Assembly (NCBI GenBank): GCA_963817955.1
Contig: CAWFQK010000002.1
Location: forward strand, 256,001-320,000
DNA: 64,000 nt
Source: an uncultured Gemmatimonadaceae bacterium
GTDB taxonomy: Bacteria > Gemmatimonadota > Gemmatimonadetes > Gemmatimonadales > Gemmatimonadaceae
Direction of reading: 5' to 3'
The position numbers and the translations under genes are program-made. Positions 1-8,094 of this stretch are shown one piece after another (within the stretch, counting starts at the first letter, position 1; each line of letters opens with the position of its first letter). The notes under the pieces were generated by a model that had not been told where the DNA came from, did no database searches, and was given only the letters and a program-made list of their open reading frames with translations.

Positions 1-482
1 ACCGCAATCTGACGCAAGGTGTTTGCATCGTATCGCGTGCCGTGCAGCGTGAGCGCGAGCACCGGCACGTCGTCAATGGAATGCGGCTTGACGACGGGTG
101 GCAGCGCGCCCGCCGGCGCCTGGTCCATTGCTCCGGCGAGCTTCGCCTGCACCTTGGTGACGCTCCGCTCCTGGTCTTCACCAACCTTGAATCGAACGGT
201 CACCATGGCGTACCCGTCGCCCGACATCACGTACACGTGATCGACGCCGGGAATCTCGAGCATGCGCTGCTCGATCGGACGCGCCAGCAGATTCTCCGTC
301 TCCTTTGGCGACGCGCCCGGCATTGCCGCGATGACGTCGATCATCGGCACCGAGATTTGCGGCTCCTCCTCGCGCGGCGTCGCGAGAATGCCGAGTACCC
401 CAACCGCCAACGCCGCAATGGTGATGAGCGGCGTGAGCTTGGAGCGCAGGAATGCCTGCGCGATGCGGCCGGCAATGCCCAT
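1..482 (-). CDS. Efflux RND transporter permease subunit (AcrB/CusA family), 5' part; runs off window
   Basis: Manual translation from ATG 482: MGIAGRIAQAFLRSKLTPLITIAALAVGVLGILATPREEEPQISVPMIDVIAAMPGASPKETE..., a typical RND N-terminus; lies directly downstream of MFP and TolC genes. Confidence 0.9.
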   Translation of the reverse strand, partial: MGIAGRIAQAFLRSKLTPLITIAALAVGVLGILATPREEEPQISVPMIDVIAAMPGASPKETENLLARPIEQRMLEIPGVDHVYVMSGDGYAMVTVRFKVGEDQERSVTKVQAKLAGAMDQAPAGALPPVVKPHSIDDVPVLALTLHGTRYDANTLRQIA

Positions 483-484
483 CG

Positions 485-1531
485 TCAGTTCCTCGCGGCA
501 ATAGTCGCTGCAGCAGCCACGGGCACGATCACCTGATCGCCCGCGCGCAGCCCGGAGTTCACCTGCACCACGTCGCCGGTCTGCACGCCCAGTCGTATCC
601 AGCGGGTCTCGTCACCCGCCGCCGTCCGCACCGTGACACCAGTGAGATCGCCCTCGCGCGTGACCGCTCGCGCCGGCACGATGATCGCCGATCGTTGGCC
701 AAGGGGCAGTGCAAGCGTCGCCGTACTGCCGGGAAGCATGGATCCGCCGGGGTTTGTCACGATCGCGTTGATGGTGTAGAGATTTCCCGCCGCGGCCGGC
801 ACGACTCCTTCAATCGCGGCATGGACCGCCTGCCCTTCAATCGTTGCTCCAATGGTCTGGCCACGGCGCAGTCCGCGCGCCACGTTCGGTGTTGCACTCG
901 CCACGATCCTGAGCTGCGATGCATCGAGCACAGTGATGAGCGGCGCACCGGGCGCCGCAAACGCGCCGGGATCGACGAACCGCTTGATCACCGTGCCGGC
1001 AAACGGAGCGCGCACCGTCGCGTAGGTCGTCGCAGCCTCCACCTCGGCCGCCGCGGCGTGCGCCGAACGCACGGCGGCATCGGCGCGAGCCACCGCCGTT
1101 TCGACCCCATCGAGCTGCGCTCGTGTTGCGGCGCTGTCGACATAGAGAGCCCGAATGCGCCGGGCCTGGGTCGTCGCGTCGCGCTGCATCGCCTCGGCCT
1201 CGGCGATCGATGCCGCCACCTGCGATTGCTTGGCGACCAGATCGCGTGCGTCGATCTGCACCAGCGGCTGGCCGGCGCCCACGGCATCGCCTTCCTTCAC
1301 CACGACCGTGGTCACGGTGCCCATCAGCTTCGTACTGAGCGTCGCCTGGCGAATGGGCTGGGCCACACCGGCGGCCTCGAACGTCGCCTGCATGATCGTG
1401 TCCTTCACCACGTACACGGTGCCCGGCGCGCGGCTCGCCGCCACCGGCGGTGCCTTGGCAGCGGGGGAGCCACAGGCAGCCGCGGCGAGGAGCAGCGCAC
1501 CGCCGGCGAAGCCATCAAGTCGAATGGTCAT
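485..1531 (-). CDS. Efflux RND periplasmic adaptor (membrane fusion protein), lipoprotein
   Basis: Lipobox-like LAAAAC; lipoyl-like motifs GTVTTVVVKEGDAVGAGQPLVQID and VRAPFAGTVIKRFVDPG; C-terminal SGLRAGDQVIV. Confidence 0.92.
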   Translation of the reverse strand: MTIRLDGFAGGALLLAAAACGSPAAKAPPVAASRAPGTVYVVKDTIMQATFEAAGVAQPIRQATLSTKLMGTVTTVVVKEGDAVGAGQPLVQIDARDLVAKQSQVAASIAEAEAMQRDATTQARRIRALYVDSAATRAQLDGVETAVARADAAVRSAHAAAAEVEAATTYATVRAPFAGTVIKRFVDPGAFAAPGAPLITVLDASQLRIVASATPNVARGLRRGQTIGATIEGQAVHAAIEGVVPAAAGNLYTINAIVTNPGGSMLPGSTATLALPLGQRSAIIVPARAVTREGDLTGVTVRTAAGDETRWIRLGVQTGDVVQVNSGLRAGDQVIVPVAAAATIAARN

Positions 1532-1559
1532 GAGAGATTCCTGGTGATGTCGGTGCGGG

Positions 1560-2957
1560 TCACCGCGATGGGGACGCGGCCACTGCGGGGGTCGAATCGT
1601 CGAGCGCGGCGAGCGACGCCGGGTCGCCGCCGATGGCGCGGCGACGTTCCGCCGCGGCCGTAATCGCCACATAGCGCGCTTGCGACAGCGCGAGCGCACT
1701 CTGTGTCTCGGTGGCTTGCGCGTCGAGCAGTTCCACGACACTCGCCAATCCACCGTCGTACTTGCGCGCCACAATGCGGTGCGCTTCGGCGCTTTGGGTC
1801 GCGCCACGTTCCGCGATCGTGAGCCGCGTGAGTGCCACCGCCAGCGCCGTGCGCGTCTGCTCCACGTCCACACGCGCTTGGGCCATGGCCCCGTCGGCCT
1901 GCGCCTGCGCGGCTGCGGCGCGGCCGCTCGTTGTCTGCATGTCAGCGAGGTCGCCGGCTCCGGCGAACAGACTCCAGGACGCCATCACTCCCGCCGTCCA
2001 GTTCTTATCGCCACCATAGAGACGCGCCGCCGAATTCCAGTCGTACCGCGCGAAGGAGTTGATCCGCGGCAGATACGCTGCGCGCGCGCGGAGGGCGTCG
2101 GCCCGCGCCGCATCGCTCCCAGTGGTCGCGGCGCGGACGTCGGCACGCGGTTGGATAGGGATGACCGCGGTGTCGGCCGATACGACGGCGCGGATGCGGT
2201 CGTCCGATGGCAGCGCATTGGGCGACGTGATGGCGGTCGGAGATTGCGTCCCGTCCCCGCCGAGCACGACCGCGAGCTGACGGCGCGCCGACGTTGCTGC
2301 GCCTTCCGCCTCGGCGAGCTGGGCGTCGATGTCGCCGGCACGAACCGACGCGAGCAGCGCATCGGAGTTGGTGACCAGCCCCTGGCGCACCATGGACTGG
2401 GCCTGATTCACGTGAGCGTGAGCCGCGCGTGCAGCAGCCTGAAGCGTTGCCACACGTTCCGAGGCGAGCACCGCGCCATAATACGCGCGCACCACATCCA
2501 CCCGCGTCGTGAGTCGCGTCCACTCCTCGGCGGCGCGTGTGGCACCAGCGGCGAGAGTCGCGGCGCGACGGCCGGTCCAGGCGTCGGCATTGAAGATTGG
2601 CTGCTCGAGCACGATGCCGCCCTGGTAGTTCCCGACCGCGTCAGGGTGGTTGAGACGGTCCGGTGCAAAGTCCGCCGGGGTGACGATCCGCTGCCGCAGA
2701 TCAATGCCGAACGCGCCGATGGGGTCCGTCGTGCGAATGTAGCCGGCCTCGAAGCGGACGGTCGGCAGAATGCCCTTCAACGGCGCGAGCGTCTGGCCGG
2801 CCTGGGCGTCGGCGTTTCCGGCGGCGGCGCGATTGGCATAGGCGGCGTGGTCGGCCTGGCCGAACGCCTGCCGCAGCGTGAGCTGGGCGGCGGCGTGGCG
2901 CGGCGCGACCGTGATGACAAAGGCGGTGAGGGCGAGCGCAATCGGGAATCGAGGCAT
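1560..2957 (-). CDS. TolC family outer membrane efflux protein
   Basis: Signal peptide; motifs VDVVRAYYGAVLA, RAAYLPRI and RKYDGGLASVVELLDAQ; first gene of the RND operon. Confidence 0.9.
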   Translation of the reverse strand: MPRFPIALALTAFVITVAPRHAAAQLTLRQAFGQADHAAYANRAAAGNADAQAGQTLAPLKGILPTVRFEAGYIRTTDPIGAFGIDLRQRIVTPADFAPDRLNHPDAVGNYQGGIVLEQPIFNADAWTGRRAATLAAGATRAAEEWTRLTTRVDVVRAYYGAVLASERVATLQAAARAAHAHVNQAQSMVRQGLVTNSDALLASVRAGDIDAQLAEAEGAATSARRQLAVVLGGDGTQSPTAITSPNALPSDDRIRAVVSADTAVIPIQPRADVRAATTGSDAARADALRARAAYLPRINSFARYDWNSAARLYGGDKNWTAGVMASWSLFAGAGDLADMQTTSGRAAAAQAQADGAMAQARVDVEQTRTALAVALTRLTIAERGATQSAEAHRIVARKYDGGLASVVELLDAQATETQSALALSQARYVAITAAAERRRAIGGDPASLAALDDSTPAVAASPSR

Positions 2958-2996
2958 TGCGAGCGGTCCGGGAAGACAGGATGACCTAGTATCTGA

Positions 2997-3020
2997 CTAT
3001 ACAATTATGCAGTAATATAG
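2997..3020. promoter_or_regulatory. AT-rich imperfect palindrome, possible repressor operator of the efflux operon
   Basis: CTATACAATTATGCAGTAATATAG has CTATA/TATAG ends; AT-rich patch 40 bp upstream of the tolC start. Confidence 0.3.
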
Positions 3021-3108
3021 CTGGCTGTCAATGGCCTGGCCGTCTGACAATGGCCGGCGTTGCGGTTGCGACAGGGCACTGGCGCGAGGTCTGCGGGTAT
3101 CTCCTGAG

Positions 3109-4536
3109 ATGACGATCGACACTCCGCGGGACGCTGGCGGCCAGCAGTCGGAACAAGCGGTCCCAACGACGCGAGCCATGTGGCTCCCGCTCATCGCGGT
3201 GATCGTCGTGCTCGGCCTGCTGGCCGCGGCACCGGTCCTCGTGAGCCTGCACGCGCGCCGGCTTCGCACGGTGATCAGCGACGTCATCGACCCGGCACGT
3301 CTCCGCGCCACCGATCTGTCGGCCTCGCTCTCGAAGGAGATGTTCGCCGTCGGCATGCAGTCGGGGACCGGTCGCGCATCGGAGGATGCTTTCTATCAGA
3401 AGTCATTACAGGTCGAGCACGGCGATGCATTCGCGCTCGACTCGCTGTTGCGCTTCGCGAACGCCGGCGCGGTCGAACAATTCGCTCAATACCGCGAAGC
3501 CGCCACGCGATGGCACGATGATGTGGACGCCATGAGGCAAGGGCCGGCGGGCGCGGCCGACCGCGACACGGCCCGCACGGACGGGGTGGCCGCGCTCGCG
3601 GCCACCAGCCGTCTGAGTGACGGCTTGGAGCAGGTCGGCGTTGCGGCCCGCGACCAGGTGCGGAGCGCCGAACAACTGGACGTGCTCTTGCCTGCCGCTG
3701 TCGTTCCGCTCGCGTTGCTCGCGTGCGTGCTACTCGTGCGGGCCGGCCGCCGGACAGTCGACATCGCCGTTCGTGCAGAGCGAAACCGTCACGCACTCGC
3801 CCAGGCGATGGAGCAGAAGAGCGCCTTCATGCGTGGCATTTCCCATGACCTGCAAAATCCGTTGAGCGCCGCGCTCGGGTACATCGAGCTCAGCCTCGAC
3901 GGATACACAAAGCCCGAGGAGCAGCGCGACACGTTGGCCCGCGTCCGGCGCCTGGTGAGCACTGCCAGCGAAACCGTGGGCTCCCTCCTCTCGCTCGCCC
4001 AGAGCGAGGCCGGCGAAATCCGGCTTGATGCGCGGAGTATCGAGCTCTGTGCTTTGGTCCGCGCGGCGATCGAGGACCATGCACCCGTCGTCCGTACCAG
4101 GCACCAGAGCATCGCGTTCACCGGGCCGTCCGAATGCAGGGCCACAGGCGATGCCGGGCGCGTGCGGCACATCGTCGACAACCTGCTCTCCAACGCGAGC
4201 AAGTATACCCAGCCCGGCGGCCACATCCGCGCATCGGTGGCACGCCGTCGGCGGGGCGGACGCACCTGGTCAGTCGTGATCGTTGAAGATTCCGGGCCGG
4301 GCATTCCGCCCGACTGGCGCGAGCGCGTATTCGAAGAATTCGCACGCGTGCCCGGAACCAGCGACATCGCTCCCGGAAACGGAATCGGCCTCGCCGTGAG
4401 CCGCCGCGTCGCGCGGTTGATGGGAGGCGACATCACGCTCGGAGCAGCGGACGAGCCATCCAATGCTGACTCACCACTCGGCGGGGCCGTGTTCATACTC
4501 TGGCTCGTGGCTGGGGAGACCGGGTCGGCGGCCTAA
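3109..4536 (+). CDS. Membrane sensor histidine kinase
   Basis: Two TM segments; H-box ISHDLQNPL, N-box NLLSNASKYT, G1 VEDSGPGIP, G2 GNGIGLAV; no cognate response regulator in the window. Confidence 0.92.
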   Translation: MTIDTPRDAGGQQSEQAVPTTRAMWLPLIAVIVVLGLLAAAPVLVSLHARRLRTVISDVIDPARLRATDLSASLSKEMFAVGMQSGTGRASEDAFYQKSLQVEHGDAFALDSLLRFANAGAVEQFAQYREAATRWHDDVDAMRQGPAGAADRDTARTDGVAALAATSRLSDGLEQVGVAARDQVRSAEQLDVLLPAAVVPLALLACVLLVRAGRRTVDIAVRAERNRHALAQAMEQKSAFMRGISHDLQNPLSAALGYIELSLDGYTKPEEQRDTLARVRRLVSTASETVGSLLSLAQSEAGEIRLDARSIELCALVRAAIEDHAPVVRTRHQSIAFTGPSECRATGDAGRVRHIVDNLLSNASKYTQPGGHIRASVARRRRGGRTWSVVIVEDSGPGIPPDWRERVFEEFARVPGTSDIAPGNGIGLAVSRRVARLMGGDITLGAADEPSNADSPLGGAVFILWLVAGETGSAA

Positions 4537-4537
4537 T

Positions 4538-4718
4538 GACACGGGACACGAGACACGAGACACGAGACACGAGACACGAGAAACTCACAACTCACAACTC
4601 ACAACTGGAAACTCGAACCTCGCCGACCGGCGCTATTTGCCTCCAAGCCAGGGACCCCGGCGCCCGTAACCTGACTGACAACTCACCACTGACCACTGAT
4701 CACCGATCACCGATCACC
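4538..4718. repeat. Composite heptamer tandem-repeat element (GACACGA, ACTCACA, GATCACC units)
   Basis: Direct reading: (gacacga/g)x6, (actcaca)x3, gaaactc-like x2, then accactg/gatcacc units; core nearly identical to 46980-47051. Confidence 0.85.
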
Positions 4719-4779
4719 CGTCGTCCCGATCGCTTGCCCCGGCCAACGCTCCCTCGATCGGGACGCGCCGCCGCCACGC

Positions 4780-5253
4780 CTACTCAGGCGCTGCGACCGT
4801 CACCGAGACCGGATCGCTGGCCAGTACGCGTTGCTCACCCCAGACCTGCGCGACCAAACGGTATCGCCCCAACGCCACCGGTAGCGCCCCGTGCGCACCA
4901 TCGGTCCTGTCAGCGGACCAGCGGTCGTGGATGACCACGCTGTCGCCCGGCGCGAGGTCTAGATCGGCGTAGAGGTTCATGCCGCATACGCGATCGGGAA
5001 GCGGTATCACACCTCCCGATTCGTCGAGAATGACGTACGCCCGAGCGCAGCCATAACTGAGGGGATTTGTCGTCTGAGCGAAGCCAGGCCCGCGATTCGT
5101 GACCCGGACAGTTATCCCAACATCATTGGATGGACTCACGACCGCGCGATCGACTGACAGGACCACGTCGAGGTGGTTCTGCGCCTCCGTGGTGAGCCGG
5201 CAGGCACCCAGTGCAACACATAGGATGGGAAGAAACTGCGCTACTCGGGCCAT
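4780..5253 (-). CDS. Hypothetical lipoprotein with Ig-like (BsuPI-like) domain
   Basis: Lipobox VALGAC; VRVTNRG, LDLAPGDS and GRYRLVA beta-sandwich-like motifs. Confidence 0.55.
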   Translation of the reverse strand: MARVAQFLPILCVALGACRLTTEAQNHLDVVLSVDRAVVSPSNDVGITVRVTNRGPGFAQTTNPLSYGCARAYVILDESGGVIPLPDRVCGMNLYADLDLAPGDSVVIHDRWSADRTDGAHGALPVALGRYRLVAQVWGEQRVLASDPVSVTVAAPE

Positions 5254-5343
5254 GGGACTCCGCCGTGGTTGATAGATGTCAAACTCCTTGATTGCAGAGT
5301 ACGTCACCGAAAGCTACCGCAAGCCTCGGCGGGTGGCGCCCCG

Positions 5344-5814
5344 TCAGTCGCCGTCGTGTGCATATGTTCCAATGAGCTCCGCGTGATCCAACACGTGATC
5401 CTTCATCGCTCGTTCGAGCTCCGCCTTGGTGGGCTCACCGAGATCCCCCAGCGCGGTATCGAGCGCGTACAGCTTGAAGAAGTACCGATGCCGGCCGATG
5501 GGCGGACAGGGTCCGGTGTAGCCGCGACCGCGCGCATCGTTCACTCCCTCCCGGAACTTCGGGTGATCCGCGCCACCGTCCTCGAGACTGGTCGCCGTTC
5601 CAGGAATGTCGTACGCCACCCAATGCACAAACGTCCGCTTCGGTGCCTTGGGATCGGGCGCATCGGGATCATCAACTATGAGGGCGATAGTTCTGGTTCC
5701 CGCAGGCACGCCTGTCCAGGTCAGAGGCGGCGCCGTACCCGCGCCTTTGCAGGTGTGGGCTTTCGGAATTTCACCGTTCGGCGAAAACGCTGGTGAGCTG
5801 AGCTTGAGGGCCAT
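5344..5814 (-). CDS. YbhB/YbcL family Raf kinase inhibitor-like (PEBP) protein
   Basis: MALKLSSPAF, ALIVDDPDAP, FVHW and GPCPPIGRHRYFFKLYALD; own RBS (AGGAG) upstream. Confidence 0.92.
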   Translation of the reverse strand: MALKLSSPAFSPNGEIPKAHTCKGAGTAPPLTWTGVPAGTRTIALIVDDPDAPDPKAPKRTFVHWVAYDIPGTATSLEDGGADHPKFREGVNDARGRGYTGPCPPIGRHRYFFKLYALDTALGDLGEPTKAELERAMKDHVLDHAELIGTYAHDGD

Positions 5815-6879
5815 GGCAGGTTCTCCTGGTTGATGGGTGCCGCGGGTGCGGCCAATCGCGATGTCAGCGGCGAGATATCCATTCTGTCGTGCCTTCGAAC
5901 TTATCGATCCTGGCTCACGGCCACGCACGAGCGCGACGATGACCGGATAAACGATATCCAGGCGCCGGACCCGCTGTCGCGGATCGATGACGTCGTGCGG
6001 CAATCCCAGGGCCAACGGCAGCTCGTATATCTGTACGACCGCGCCGTGTCTCGCCCATCGGCCACCCATTGCCAGCACCGGGCGCGCCGAAATGGTGCGA
6101 TCGTGCGCATTCAGCAGAATGGCGATGTGCCTGCACGCGGACGGCATTTCCGCGGACGCTCTCCGCACCGCCAGACCGAGCCGCAGGATCTCCCCCACCG
6201 CATGGGTGCTCCATCCGAGCTCACGGTCCGGCTCCGACGGATTCGGAGCACTATGATCTGTGAAGTTCGGAAGGCGAACCGCGAGATTCAGAACCGGACG
6301 GTCGAGCAGCGCAGGAACGCGCGCCAATGCCATCAGGGGCGCAATGATCACGACCCGCCCGGCATCGGGCCGGAATTGCGCGATCCACGCCGCCATGGTG
6401 CCACCCAAGCTCAACCCAGCGACCACAACGGTGTCGCCAAGCGCGTCCGCGATGTCCATCGCTGAATCGGCGCCCGCCCGAAGCTCCTCGGCGGTCATCC
6501 GCGCGAGCGGACCCGCTCCGTCATTGCGCTCGGCGTGATGCGGTAGCCGCGGGATGTACACGTTGGCGCCGTCGCGATACAGCATGCGGCCAAGTGAATC
6601 GAACTGGAGCGGCGAATTCGTGTAGCCGTGTAAGAGCAACACGGCAATCGGCGTTCGCTGTCCATGCGCGAGCAGCACCGATCGTCCCGATGGAACGACC
6701 GTTCGCGCCTCGCCGTCACGCCGTCGCATGATCGCCGACACGGCCGACTGGTAATCGAACGTGGTGCGCGGGTGCGGCCCGAGATCACGCGTTTGGACCG
6801 GCACGCCGGCCAGGAGTCCCAGTGCAATCGCGATCAGCGCCACGATCGAGCTTGCCAACCTGCGCCGGCGCGTCACCAT
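5815..6879 (-). CDS. Alpha/beta hydrolase (carboxylesterase-like); no stop codon, reads in frame into the YbhB gene
   Basis: LLLHGYTNSP, nucleophile GLSLGG, NAHD and HD motifs; RBS GGAGG before ATG 6879. Confidence 0.85.
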
Positions 6880-7015
6880 ACCTCCGCGGCAGTAGGATCC
6901 CATCCGACAACCGATAGCCGATAACCAACCGATGCCCAATTGCGGCAAGCGATTCGCATGCCGACTCGTGAGTAAGGATGATTGAAAGTCCACTCTGCTG
7001 TAGCGTGCTCGACAC

Positions 7016-7390
7016 ATGGTCTATCATTGGCTCGCGGGCTGCGTCGTCGTGCTCCATTCAATGTTTGTGGCGTTCGTCGTTCTCGGCGGGTTTCTGGCAG
7101 CCCGATGGCGACGGATAATGTGGCTCCACATCCCATGTGCCGTCTGGGGGGCACTGATCGAGTATGCCGGATGGGTCTGCCCGCTCACGCCGCTCGAGAA
7201 CGCGCTCCGCGCCCGGGCAGGCGAGGCTGGCTACGCTGGCGGATTCGTCGAGCACTACCTGCTGCGAGCGCTGTATCCAGCCGGGCTCACGGCGACAATA
7301 CAATGGACGCTGGGCACGTTGGTCATCGGCATCAACATCGCCGCCTATTCATTCGTTTTCGCGCGCGGCGCACACCGTTTGCAGCATTGA
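7016..7390 (+). CDS. DUF2784 domain membrane protein
   Basis: WLHIP..WG..IE..GW.CPLTPLEN.LR..AG..GY.GGFVEHYL signature. Confidence 0.88.
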   Translation: MVYHWLAGCVVVLHSMFVAFVVLGGFLAARWRRIMWLHIPCAVWGALIEYAGWVCPLTPLENALRARAGEAGYAGGFVEHYLLRALYPAGLTATIQWTLGTLVIGINIAAYSFVFARGAHRLQH

Positions 7391-7434
7391 GCGCCAGAGC
7401 CTCTATCTGGAGCTCTATCTATAGGAGAGTAGCT

Positions 7435-8079
7435 ATGGCGAACCGCAAGCCTGGCCGTGAGAGCGCTCGCAACGCTCAGAGCAGTCCCGACGTCGATCGC
7501 GATCTGGCCCGTGGCCCTGCATCGGGGCGCTCAGAGTTTCGTGATCAACGCGAATACGGTGATTACGAAATAGATGATATTCGGTCGCCGGGTGGCGTTC
7601 CACACCGGAGAGCAACCCCAGAAGGATTTGGATTTGCCGCACCGCCCAATTACAGCCTCGGTGCATGGGCCGACGTGCAACGTGGCGGCCACTTTTTCGG
7701 CCGCGGTCCCAAGGGATATCGACGCTCCGATGAACGAATCAAGGAAGAGATCAGCGATCGACTGATGGCCCATCCCGACATCGATGCCTCAGACGTCGAG
7801 GTGCAGGTCGCGAATGGCATTGTGACGCTGACGGGAACCGTCGAGGACCGCCACGAAAAGCGACTCACCGAATACGTCGCCGAGGACGCGCTCGGCGTGG
7901 ACGACGTGAACAATCAGCTCAAAGTGCGTCACGGATTCTGGGCCACGCTCGCCGGCGAAAGAGCATCCGAAACTGAGCTTGCCCGACGGCCAGAGCGGGA
8001 AATGGGAGTGGCATCCAAACAAGGTGGTCGAGCGAACGCCGCTCGCTCCTCCGCCCGCCGCGATACAGAAGCCCGCTGA
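7435..8079 (+). CDS. BON domain-containing protein
   Basis: GRGPKGYRRSDERIKEEISDRL..IDASDVEVQVANGIVTLTGTV..GVDDVNNQLKV; RBS AGGAG. Confidence 0.92.
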   Translation: MANRKPGRESARNAQSSPDVDRDLARGPASGRSEFRDQREYGDYEIDDIRSPGGVPHRRATPEGFGFAAPPNYSLGAWADVQRGGHFFGRGPKGYRRSDERIKEEISDRLMAHPDIDASDVEVQVANGIVTLTGTVEDRHEKRLTEYVAEDALGVDDVNNQLKVRHGFWATLAGERASETELARRPEREMGVASKQGGRANAARSSARRDTEAR

Positions 8080-8094
8080 GCAGCGGGGGTTGAC

